NCBI GenBank assembly: GCA_965645245.1
Contig: OZ287074.1
Location: forward strand, 1 to 64,000
DNA: 64,000 nucleotides
DNA from: Massalongia carnosa
Taxonomy: Eukaryota
Direction of reading: 5' to 3'
Shown: in pieces, positions 1-11,271 of the stretch
Position numbering within the stretch: the stretch's first letter is position 1
Layout of the letters: every line of letters starts with the position of its first letter
Position numbers and translations under genes: made by a program
The notes under the pieces: model-generated
Seen by the model: only the letters and a program-made list of their open reading frames with translations
Database searches by the model: none
What the model was told of the DNA's origin: nothing

Positions 1-1776
1 TATCGGTAGTATTACGTTACATGAAGGTAAAAAAGTACGCCGATGGCTCTCATCTGATATTGATTTGGCGAAAGCAGTAGCAGCTCAAGCAGCGATCGCT
101 GTGCAGCAGTCATACCTGTATCAGAAAACTCGCCAACAAGCTGAACGTTTACTGGAATTAGACAAACAAAAAACCGAATTTTTCCAAAATATTTCCCATG
201 AGTTTCGTACACCCATCACCTTGATTCAAGGGCCTTTAGAGTCGGCGGTGGCGGCTGGTGAAGGATTATCTTACCCCCAAAGTGCGATCGCCCTGCGTAA
301 CTCTCGCCGTCTGCTGCGACTGGTAAATCAACTCCTAGATTTACAACGCCTGAATGCAGGGAGAATGCAGCCTAGCTTCCATCCCTGCGATTTAGCAGAA
401 TTGTTAGCCAAATAGTGGAATCTTTTCGTCCCTACTGTGAGAAAAAGAGACTGCATCTGGTCACCCAGTTAGATGAATGTTCTCCGGTGTACTTGGATAC
501 GGAAAAATTTGACAAGGTGGTTTATAATCTGCTTTCAAATGCTATGAAGTTTACTCCCGAAGGTGGGACGATCGGTGTCAGACTAAAATCTGAGCGCGAT
601 CGCTGCATCTTACAAGTACAAGATACTGGAATTGGCATTGTTAAAGAACAAATTCCCTACCTCTTTGAGCGCTTTCGCCAAGCTGAAGGTTCAGCAAACC
701 GCTCCTATGAAGGTAGTGGTTTGGGTTTAGCTTTAGTTAAAGAATTGGTCGAATTACATGGTGGTCAAGTCACTGTGGAATCAGTTTACGGACAAGGCAC
801 TACCTTTAGTTTATGGCTGGTGACTGGAAATGCTCATTTACCCGCACAGCAAGTACTAGAAACGACTACCGAACTGAATACAAGCCGTGCTAGCGTAGAA
901 TTGGCTGATTTAGAACTGGTATCAACAACAGACAATATTGAAGATATTACAATAAACTCCTCCCCCAGTATTGATACTCAAGACTCAGCACTTAAGACTC
1001 AGCACTCAATTTTAGTTGTAGATGACAACCCGGATTTACGAACCTATGTATCTGAAATTTTCCGCCGCAACGGCTATCATGTACGCACAGCTCGTAACGG
1101 TTCTGAAGGACACGCTATAGCTAAGGAAATTATACCCAGCTTGATTGTGACTGACTTAATGATGCCCCTGGTGAGCGGACTTGAAATGATTCAAATGATC
1201 CGTCAAGAGGAGAAGTTGAAAGGAATACCAATCATTCTGCTGACAGCAAAAGCTGACGAGGAAACCCGCATCGAAGGTACAGAACATGGTGCGGATGCTT
1301 ATTTAGCAAACCATTCAACGATCGGGAACTTTTGGCGGAAGTTCGGAATCTTTTGGCATTGAAGGAAAATGAACGGCGAATTGTGGAGTTAAATACTTAT
1401 TTAACAGAATCCGTATTAAAGCGCTTTTTACCGGCTGTATTGGTACAAAAAGCCGCAACCGGAGATTTAACCTTAGATTTACGTCCAGAACCACGCTTAA
1501 TTACAGTTTTGTTTAGTGATATCGTGGGTTTTACACAGCTATCAAATACTCTCAGATCCCGACGAGTCGCAGAGTTGCTAAATGAATATTTAGAAGCCAA
1601 TGACCAAAGTTGTATTTGGCAATGGCGGCACTGTAGATAAATTTATGGGAGATGCTATCTTAGCTCTATATGGAGCGCCGGAAGAGTTAACCCCCAATGA
1701 ACAAGTGCGTCGTGCGATCAATACAGCACGAGCAATGCACCGCTCACTGGCTGAGTTGAACCAACGCTGGCGAAAT
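1..1776 (+). CDS. cyaC: Partial cyanobacterial (Nostoc-like) hybrid sensor adenylate cyclase (GAF end-HisKA-HATPase-REC-class III cyclase), three frameshifts, truncated at both ends
   Basis: H-box FFQNISHEFRTP, N-box NLLSNAMKFT, G-boxes QDTGIGI and GSGLGLAL, receiver ILVVDD..VTDLMMP..LTAK, cyclase TVLFSDIVGFT and VDKFMGDA. ORFs 65-415, 415-1362 and 1332-1640 join into one frame if single-base indels at about 401, 1310 and 1600 are corrected. The domain order matches Nostoc/Anabaena CyaC; no introns. Confidence 0.9.
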
Positions 1777-1944
1777 TAACCCTAACCCTAACCCTAACCC
1801 TAACCCTAACCCTAACCCTAACCCTAACCCTAACCCTAACCCTAACCCTAACCCTAACCCTAACCCTAACCCTAACCCTAACCCTAACCCTAACCCTAAC
1901 CCTAACCCTAACCCTAACCCTAACCCTAACCCTAACCCTAACTC
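1777..1944 (+). repeat. Telomeric array (TAACCC)27 plus one TAACTC variant; left chromosome end orientation
   Basis: 162 bp of perfect TAACCC (1777-1938) then TAACTC. C-rich strand on + means the chromosome extends rightwards. TTAGGG is the filamentous ascomycete telomere repeat. Confidence 0.97.
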
Positions 1945-2166
1945 TACCATCCCAGTATGCCCCATCAACGCGGCCCATAGCAAGGCATACACAAATCCGA
2001 AACCTAACTGTCGTCCGAAGGATCGATGCGGTGCTAAGATCTCTATGCCGTGCTGAGACATCCTTATGGTGCTGAGACATCTATGCCGTCCGAGAGATCC
2101 ATGCGGTGCCGAAATCAAAGCGGGAGCTGTCTCGATTAACGACGCACTAGCTCTCAGCATAGCCGA

Positions 2167-3360
2167 ACTAGGATATCGGTGAATCTCATCAGTCGGGGGC
2201 TTTTGAGGACATCGGGAAGCGGGATGCCCCCATTGTGTAACCCTTTAACAATGGAAGTAATATCAGGTATAGATGAGCACTCTGAGTGCACATCTCGGCG
2301 TTGGTGGTGTTCTTCATGCTGGCGATCGGCTTCGGTATGCTGCTCATGAGTGCACCACCGGACTTTACGTAGCTGCTTGGTCAGCTTAGAGGATGTGCTC
2401 TCTAGTTGATCGGGGCTTGGATTTGCGATGTGGGCACTCTGCGCGCTACGCGGTTCCTGCTGTACTGCTGGTTGTGGGCTTTGGCCTAGGGGGGGTTTTC
2501 TTGAAGGCACGGGTGGTGGTGCTTCGACGGATCCAGCAGGTTGATAAAGATCCGAGGTCGTAGGTGTAGATATAGCAATGCTTGGAGATGGGCGTGAAAT
2601 GGGCGAAGTAGAATTCGAATCGACAACTGTAATAGGCTTCATCCATGATAATAGCGTGTTTCTCTGCGTTGGGAACGAAGTCCCACGTCTACTACTCGTG
2701 CTACTTGACTGAGCCTTAGAAGTCATGCGGTGAACTGCGTTTTATATCTATATGCGGTGAACTGCCCTGTTGTATATCTGTATTCGGTGGACTGAATTTG
2801 TGTGCTATTGTGTCTAGGTGCTGCTGATTCGATGTCACTAAACTACTAGGCGGCATTGTCAGAATACTGTGACTCGGCCTTGCTGCTCTACTGCGTCTCT
2901 TGTTGCCCAATTCGTAACGCCTGGAGCACTGCTGCTGCCTCGAGATAGGCTGCCGACTCCTCCAAGCGTGCCGTGACCTCCACATCATAGTCTGCGTCTT
3001 CAGTATTTGTCACCTCCTCTGCGCGTATTTTCTCGACTTTTTGAACGATTTCGGATTCCTCGTGTAGGGAATTTGGATTTGTAGTTCGAGGGGGATTATC
3101 CTTAGTAAGCTTCGGGTTCAAGCTCTTCCTCACAGTCTTCCGCTATATCGCGATCCGGAGGGTTTTGTATGTGGAGGCTGGTTCGCAGACCAATGGCAGG
3201 CATGTCGCTAGGGATATCAGATGTAGGTAGAGGCTCGTAGGCAACAAAGTCGACGGGACCTGCAAGACCAACCGGGTGCGATATATTGTGGTAATAACCT
3301 CGACTCTGCCATCTCTTGGTCGCTGCAGCTTCATCAGCAGTAGAGTACTTTGGAGGCCTA
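2167..3360 (-). repeat. Unclassified AT-hook element, copy 1 (internal fragment next to the telomere)
   Basis: Close match to 13070-13174/14205-15033, 48384-48660 and 62281-63336; encodes RPPKYSTADEAAA.. and VTARLEESAAYLEAAAVLQAL segments. Confidence 0.8.
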
Positions 3361-5346
3361 GAAGATTTCCCGACGAAATGCCGCACCCGACGAAATGCCG
3401 CATCTTCTCACTTTCCAACCATTACTTTCAAACATGAAGAAATCCACCCTCAACGCTCGTATCGAGCTCGCAATTGCTGTTCCGAATCAGCAAGATCAGC
3501 CTAACCTCAGGGGTACAGCTAAAAAGTTTAGCCTAGTCGAAAGTACCCTCCGGAGGCGCTGGAAAGGCCAAACGGTGTCCCAAAAGGCAGCCTCGTCAAA
3601 ATACAAGCAACGACTTACCTTGGCCCAGGAAGAGGCCTTAATTCAGCAAATCAATCGCCTTGTCGATCGTGGACTGCCCCCAACCGCTATAATTGTACGA
3701 AACCTAGCGGAGGAGGTGATAGGAGGGCCTGTAGGGAAGAACTGGACAGGGGATTTTGTCCGCCGATACAAGGATAGGCTTAAAAGTCTTTATCTTCGAA
3801 ATATGGATAGCCAGTGTATAAAATCTGAGTATCCGCCTTTATTTAAGTAATTCTACGATTTGGTAGCGTGTTAACTACCCATTCCTATTTATTGAATATT
3901 AATTATGATCGAAAATAACTAATGTTTCAATTAGCTAGTCGCCGGTGTCGAAAAATACAATATCACGGGGGAAAACCTTTACAATTGGGACGAAAAGGGC
4001 TTTGTGATTGGCCAAGCAAGTGCCACGCCACGTATCATGTCGCTTGAGGCCCTCGAATCAGGACGGATCACACATGCAAGCCAGGACGGGAATAGGGAGT
4101 TTATCAGCCTCCTTGCTTGTATCGGGGCCGACGGAACCGCTTTACCTCCTGCCTTGATCTATAAAGGCAACTCTGGCATACTCCAGGATACATGGGTTGA
4201 GGATGTAAATCCTAATGACGAGGCGTTCTTTGCAGTATCGGCGAAAGGATGGAATTGTGATATCCTTGGCCTGAATTGGCTCGAGCAGATTTTTCAGCGT
4301 TATACGAAGCAAAAGGCTAGAAATAGAACACGTTTACTGATAGTAGACGGTCATTCTAGTCACATGAATCTTAAGTTTATCGATAAATGCGATAACTTAC
4401 GTATTCTTCTCCTGCTTCTATCTTCGCACTCTACGCATCGTTTACAGCCTCTGGACGTTTATCTATTCGCGCCGTTAGCAACGTTCTATACCAATGGGCT
4501 GAATAGACTAATGTTCGATAGTCTAGGCATGATAAACATGTCAAAAAGAGCCTTTTGGAGCGTTTTCTTCCCTGCATGGCAGCAGGTATTTTCGGAGGAA
4601 AAACTTACTTCTGCCTTCGAAAAAACCGGTATTTAGCCTTACAATCCGAGCCTTATACTAAATGTTATCACACTACAGATAATCGAGGCTCCTTCTCAGT
4701 CGCCAAAAACACCAATGACAAGCCGTGCTATTCGCCGTACGCAGCGAGCGAACGATATTGCGCCTACGAAGTTATTACTAGGAAAGTTCTTCCGGGCTAA
4801 CGAACGCCTTGCTGCCCAGGACTCTATCAACAAACACGTGATCAAAAGGCTCTGAAATACCCTTCAGGACGAAAAGAAGAGGAGGAAGAGAGGTAATCGG
4901 CTTAATTTAGTTGGGGAAGAGGACTCAGGCCCTCAATTCTTTAGTCCTAGGCGAGTACAGGCTGCCAGGAAATTTCAAGCAGCAAAAGAGGAAGAAGAAG
5001 TACCACGCCAGCTAGATATTAGCGAGAAGCGACGACAAGCTACGCTAAAAGGTTACAGAAACAAGAGGTGAAGCTAGAAAAGGTAGCAATCGCTCTAGAG
5101 AAGCGGCGATTGACTGCAGAAGCAAAGGTAGCAAAGGCCGCTGAGAAGCAGGCTCAGAAGGAGTTACGTAAAGCAGCAAACAGATATCCTAAGGGACAGC
5201 TCGGGCAGCAGAGGCAGTATACAGGGTCTAATAGGGTTCAAAAGACTCGAAGAAGAAGGTAAAGCCGCCTACTCGTGTTATTATCGCTAAAGAGGTAGAG
5301 GAGGTGGTTTTAACTACCTCGACTGGAAGAAGGGTCCAGCGCCCAG
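3361..5346 (+). mobile_element. pogo/Fot1-like DNA transposon, degenerate, right end lost
   Basis: Starts after TA (3359-3360) that interrupts the AT-hook element; tandem CCGACGAAATGCCGCA at the left end; right side fused to a LINE fragment. Confidence 0.85.
3434..5346 (+). pseudogene. pogo/Fot1 transposase (HTH + CENP-B HTH + DDE_1) with intron 3863-3934 and premature stops
   Basis: Motifs YNWDEKGF, LLIVDGHSSH, LQPLDV; GT..CTAAT..TTAG intron restores the frame; stops at 3848 and 4634. Confidence 0.85.
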
Positions 5347-7891
5347 GTTGTCTCGAGAGCTTTTTGTACGATTTTATTTTTGCTGTTTCTCGCCTCTCGG
5401 TAGGCTCCCAGTCTTCCAGAGAGCGCGATTCCTTATGCTTGCGCCTGAGACGTCTGCATAGGGTGACTGCCTCTTTGCATTCCGGGGTAAAGCCAGGTTT
5501 TGAATGATTGCACCCTCTAGAAAGTGGGACTGCTGTCTCCACTGCGCGCTGGATAGCTTCAACTAACTCATGGGCCAAGTTGTCGAGTTCTTGAACTGTG
5601 CTCACGCTCCTAGGTGCCGGGAGCTTGTCTGTCATCATGCCTAGTAGCTTTTTCCTATCAGCCTTAGACCACATGCGAGATGACCTTATGGCCATCTTAA
5701 CTGTGGTGATATCGAATGCTGTGCCAATGGGGTAGTGATCTGAATCACTATCCAACTAATTCCAAGTGCAAAGTCATCAGATCGAGAGAGTGGAAGGTTA
5801 CCTTCCAAGAGGCGCTTGCTATTTCTTTGTTGACGAATATGCATAATCTCGGAGGGAGCTCTTTTTCTCCTGTTTCGGGGGGATAGAGAAGGTGAAAAAG
5901 CATTTTTGACCGGATTGTGCGTGGTGTGTTGATAGTGGTTCCCCGCCCAGGGTTGCTGGATGGCCAGGACGCCGTATTTCATGGTTTCCTCACTGCGAAG
6001 GAAGTCCGCCATGACAGTGGTCTTGGATTTGTTGCAGTTGTACTGAAGTGTTGACAGATAGTGGGTGTATTTACTCATACTTCTTCTTCTGTCTGAGTAC
6101 TGGGTTGCAAGCGACGGGTTGCCGATCTGGTGGTCATTGAAGAACTATCGTCGTTCTCCTTATCGCTCTAGACCTCCACAGCTTTCGAGGAGGGTTTCTT
6201 CTTTCCCTTCTTAGAAGTTTCTTGTGCCATGCTTCTGTTGGTAGAGCTAGGGTTGTCTGCCAGGGGATCTACCTCCCCATGCGCCCGCTTCTTCCCCTTG
6301 CGGAGAGTTGGCACGGTTTGCCAATCTTTCTTTCGTACAGAGCCCGTTCGAGGGCCCTGTTCCACCTGGGTTGAGGCTGGGGTCACCTCACTGCTTGTCG
6401 TGACCGTCGGCGTGGTCGATGCCGGCGGACTGCTCCGTTCTTGTTCCTGACCATTTAGTGTCTCCCTTGAGGAGGCCCTGAGAGGCCAGAAGGGGAAAGC
6501 TTCTTCTTTGGCCCGCTTAATTAGGGCCTTTTCCTTCTTTCGCTCCGGGAAAGATTCTGCGCTTGCCCCGTGGCCCTCCTTGCCACACGCATTGCATTTG
6601 AGAGTGACCGATTTGAAATCGGTCATGTGGTGACTTTCGGAACATTTGAAGCATATTTGATGCTTCTGTCGGCAAGCATGGCTCGTGTGACCATACTTAC
6701 CGCACCGGAAACATTGCCTAAGCCTGGCCTCCGGAACATGTCTTTCCACCGCGAAAGATCTCCCATCCAAATACAGCTGCGACGCCAAAATGGCGTTGCA
6801 GTCTAATTCGTTCTCAAAGTATACCAACATGGATCTAGCTGTGGCTCCTACCTTACTCGTGCCGGACAACCATTCTACTCCTGTTACCCTATTCCTAACG
6901 GGCATATGTGACTTATTTTCCTCCCAGAGGCGTTCCTTGATATCTGTCATGCTTAAATTAGCCGGTACAAAGTGCGCGATTAAGCCGAAGCTTGGCTGTA
7001 TTATAGTAGCTTTGCTCGATAGCCTGATGGCCCATCGGGTGTCTTTTCTTAGGCGTTCCGTGTCTGAGGCGTTGTTGACTAAGGTCTCCGCTAGGGAGGA
7101 CCCTTGCTGCTATTGCTACGGCTGCTGCCGTGGCTGTGCCATTGGATATATTGGGGGCGGGAGCGTTTTGATTGGTCGGAATTCTCGTGTTGTTATGATC
7201 CTTTAACGCATTAGATATTGCCGCGTTGATTCTGTCTTTGAGCGCTGAGGAGGCTAGTTTGGCCAGATCCTTTGCTATGGCTTCGTTGTTCAGTTTGACG
7301 ACGATTTCACGAGCTTACTCTTCTAGTATAGGAGCAGGGATGGACGTCCCCGAAAGCGTAGAGATCGTTGGGGCCGAGGCAGCAAAGGCTGCCCGTTCTG
7401 CCCAGGTCATCGTCCTCTTGTAGCTAGTAGTGGCCGCGGAGGAGGTAGTGAGTGTTGAGCGGGTGGTGTCTTGCTTGCGCTCGACACAGGTGACTTTAGT
7501 AAGCGTTTGCTCTGTAGTGTTCTTTATTTGGTTGATGGTAGCTTGGAGCTGATCCATCTTAGGCTGGTTGCGCATCTTCTCCAGTAGGCTGAGCATACTG
7601 GAGAGTAACAGGGTGTAAGACTGAACCTTCATAAGTCTTTGCTTCTGATATGCCTCGCTATTAGTTAAGTTATTAAGCACATTGGTTAGGAAGTGACGAT
7701 GCTCGTCTAGTGAATCGGGGGTAGCGTCATTGGGCACGACAAAAGAGCTCCCCATGGTTGCCACAATGCAGCCACAACAGAAGGGACGATATAACTTTCG
7801 GCCAAGAGAGCTACAGAGTCTGGGAGCAATTCTACGTGATCACAATGACTATTGAGGGCTTGTATGGGTAACGAATGCATTTTCTAGTGCT
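5347..7891 (-). mobile_element. Tad1-like LINE family 2, copy 1 (5' part only: ORF1 and endonuclease start, internal deletion near 5757)
   Basis: Close match to 39656-40712 and 46547-48383; ORF1 knuckles CFRCGKYGH, CFKCSESH, CNACGKEGH; ORF2 start LQYNCNKS. Confidence 0.9.
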
Positions 7892-7923
7892 GGCTAAAGA
7901 GTGCGAAAGTTTTGCCTTGATAA

Positions 7924-10900
7924 TGTTAAATGGTAAGGCTACCATCTGTTAGATGGTCAGACTACCACTAGTATAGGCATCGATCGTGAGTCCCACGGGT
8001 ACCTGCCAGGCATCTATAGAAGGTGCCTAACAAGCAGTTCGGGAGGTGCATTGCAAAGTGCCTAAAAAAAGCAGATATGGGAGTCAAGGTCTGATCTTCA
8101 GGGGGCCTAAACAAGCAGATATGGGGGGACAAGGTCTGACCGTTTAGGCTCCTAGATGTGACTATTTTGTGACTGCTATATAAAGCAGACTTATAGCCCA
8201 CATAGATAATTACCTTCAATGACAATCATGCTACTATACTTACAAAGTGAATTTATATTTCATTAGGTTATGAGCCCGGCTTACTTCTGCTACGTCTGAA
8301 AAGCCTCCACATTGATTGTCAACCAACTTACCCCTATCCCTCCATCTACTCCATTCTATACTATATATATTCCCTAACTCCGTCCGCGCCAAAGTCAAAG
8401 CATCAGTCTATTCCACAGGGTCACTGCTCTATTTCTCATTTCGTCTTCCTTGTAGCATCATGGCTAAAGGGGAGAGCCTATACACGTTCCCGAAACTGAT
8501 GGGGAGCGGGAACTATAAGAAATGGTCCAGAAACATGGCCTTCGCCCTGCAGGAAACGGAACTTTGGAGTTATGTTACTGGGGCCCGGAAAATACCTCGA
8601 GAGATTCCCTTTCCATCAAAGAGTTCTGATGATGACGAAGACTCTCTGGAAGAAACACCGGATCAGCTCGATAAGCGGGATCAACGGGACCTTGAACGAC
8701 TGGAGTTCGAGAAAAAGCAAAAAAGAGTAGTAGGAAAGATAGGCAAGATGTGCACGGACGACGTGCAGCAAGAATTCTTGTCGATGAGGGACCTAGCCAA
8801 CGGTGAGATCTGGAATCCCAAGGACCTCTGGGAGCATTTGAAGACCCGTTATACATTGAAGAACTGGAGTGCTAAATGGAGCACCTTCAACCGGCTAGAG
8901 GAGATCAATTATAAAAAGTGCAAGACTATTGAGGAGTACGGTAGCCTGGTCAGAGATATCAAGGCTGAGATCACCGACATTACCCTCTCTGTCGAGCAAA
9001 TAGTGGTGCTCAAGCTTCTCAATGGACTCGGTAGTTCATTCAGCACCTACCTGACTATCCTGAACGAACTGGCCCGGCGGGAGGATAAATTCCCTGCGCT
9101 GGATGGACTACTGAAGAACCTGGAGGACGAAGAAGCTCGCATGCGCCAGGACTCTGTTTCCATAGCTAACATGCTGAAGGCAAAGAAGAGTAAGAAGCCC
9201 ACTGAAGAGGGTAAGAGCAAATGTAAATATTGTGGTTATAACCACTCCGGGAAATGCAGGCATAGCAACGCCACATGTAGGAAATGTGGTATGACCGGCC
9301 ACCTGGAACGCGTTTGCGAAGACAAAGGAGGTGATGAAACCTCGAAACCCCAAATAGTTTGTACAATAAGGGAATGTTCCGGGAAAAGAACCCAGGAAAC
9401 ACCGCTTGTATGGCAAATCTGTACCGAGGCCCCAAGAATGCCCACGATCTATTGATCGACTCCGGTGCCACCGCGCACATTATATACAATAAAGATCTCT
9501 TTCATGAAGGGACCTTTCGGAGCGAAAATTGCTGTTTAGAAACAGGTTCCGGAGAGGTGTTATCGACAGAGGGGAAAGGCTCTCTACTGGTATCACTGGA
9601 CAATGGAAATGGAAGTGTAACGGACCTCATTTTGACCAACGTCCTTTTCGCTCCCGACCTAAAATTCAATCTCATCAGCACAATACAACCCGGCAAAAAG
9701 GGCATATCAACTTACCTGATGGCGGATGACAAGCCCGCTCAATTGGTGCATAAATGAAAGGTGGTTGGACTGGCTAAAACAATAAATAATCAGTATGTTT
9801 TGCAGACAACCACTATTAGCTCTACCGAAGCATGGGCCCTCACCACCACAAACGGTACAAAGGCCCCTATCCAAACATGGCACGAACGACTCGGCCATCT
9901 CAGCTACCCAAACCTCTTAAAATCAAATCATTTAGCCAAATGAGTCACCATCATAAATCGCACTCCACGAACCCGAGCAACAGAATTCTCGGAATAGTGC
10001 ATAGCGACTTAGAGGGATCATTTCCACTGACAAGGTTCGGTAAACGTTTTTATGCTACGATGAAAAACGAATTCTCCGGGGTAGTGTGGATCTACCTGCT
10101 GAAAACAAAGGGTCAAACCTTCGAATGTTTTAAGCAGTTCAAGACATGGATAGAAAATCAATCGGGAAAGAAAATAAAGAGACTCCGAGCTGATGGAGGA
10201 GTGGAGTACACCAGTGGTGACTTCCAGGAATTCCTAAAGAGTGAAGCCATCCAGTGGGAGGCCCGGGCACCAAATGTGCCAGAACAGAATGGGAAGGCCG
10301 AAAGGCAAAATTATACCCTCATGGTCCCCACTCGGTCCATGATAAAGGCTAAAAAGCTCCCAAAGTCCCTTTGGGGGGAGGTCCTGAAGATGGCCGGGTA
10401 CATCAAGAATAGAAATCCCGGGGTCGAGGAGGTCACTCCATATGAACGCATGAACAATGCGAAACCCTTCCTCGGCCATATGAGAACGGTCGGGGCAAGG
10501 ACGTGGGTAAATATCCCAAAAGAGAAGCGCAAGAAGCTGGACGATCAGTCCTGGCAGGGGATATTTGTTGGGTATGAAGGAAACAATCAGTATCGAATTT
10601 ACGATCCTCTCACTGGAAAAGTCCAAGTTTGTCGCGATATCACCGTCGACGAGGGCAATATATATGATTCCAAGGACAAAAAGGCCTGGGACCTAGCCGA
10701 CATTCCATGGGAGGGAGACGATGATGCTTTGTTTGATGACCCAGATGATTTTGTTGATGAAAACAAAAGTCATAATCCGCCATCTTCGATGTCTCCGAAA
10801 ACTCCGAGCTCTGAATTATCGAGAAGTTCGGAATTTCAAAATGAAACGGCCCCACCAGCACCACGGATAGTGCTACATCCAATGGGAGTAAATGCTTCGG

Positions 10901-11120
10901 GGGGAGGCCGAGAAGAGGAGAATGGGGGGGAGAGTGACTCCGATGAAGTGGAGGACATTCCTCGCCAGCCCATCGAACCTCGAAGATCTGGACGAATAAG
11001 GGTCCCCAGTCAAAGAGCACTGGAGAACATTCGTCCCAGCAGCAACACCGTATTCAGTTCAAACCAGGTCCCGAAATCCCATGAGCACATGGTGCGGGTG
11101 CTAGCAACCCTGGCAGGAGG
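7924..11120 (+). mobile_element. Copia family A, copy 1: 5' LTR 7924-8265, gag-protease-integrase, truncated before RT
   Basis: LTR matches 16231-16554 and 25565-25888 in reverse; PBS GGTTATGAGCCC at 8266; gag CCHC, protease LIDSGAT, integrase VHSDL/RADGG/NGKAER; frameshift about 9410, stop 9755, deletion about 9952. Confidence 0.92.
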
Positions 11121-11271
11121 CTATCTGCTCCAAGTTTCTGGAATAAATCTGGGCCCTTCTTGTAAATGAATTGGTGGGGTAGAAATTAATTGAATGGGGC
11201 CCCCCCAGATGACAAGTACGCCGCTTAAGTAAATCTGATCACAAAGAGTTTTATTGAATGGGGCCCCCAAT

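Noticed and set aside
65..1640. Three separate bacterial genes
   Set aside because: They are one cyaC-like frame broken by single-base indels.
1..1776. Established horizontal transfer from cyanobacterium to fungus
   Set aside because: The DNA lies outside the telomere, is cut mid-gene and has read-error-like indels; not supportable without read evidence.
1718..2160. ORFs with poly(RV) and poly(GL)
   Set aside because: They are translations of the telomeric repeat.
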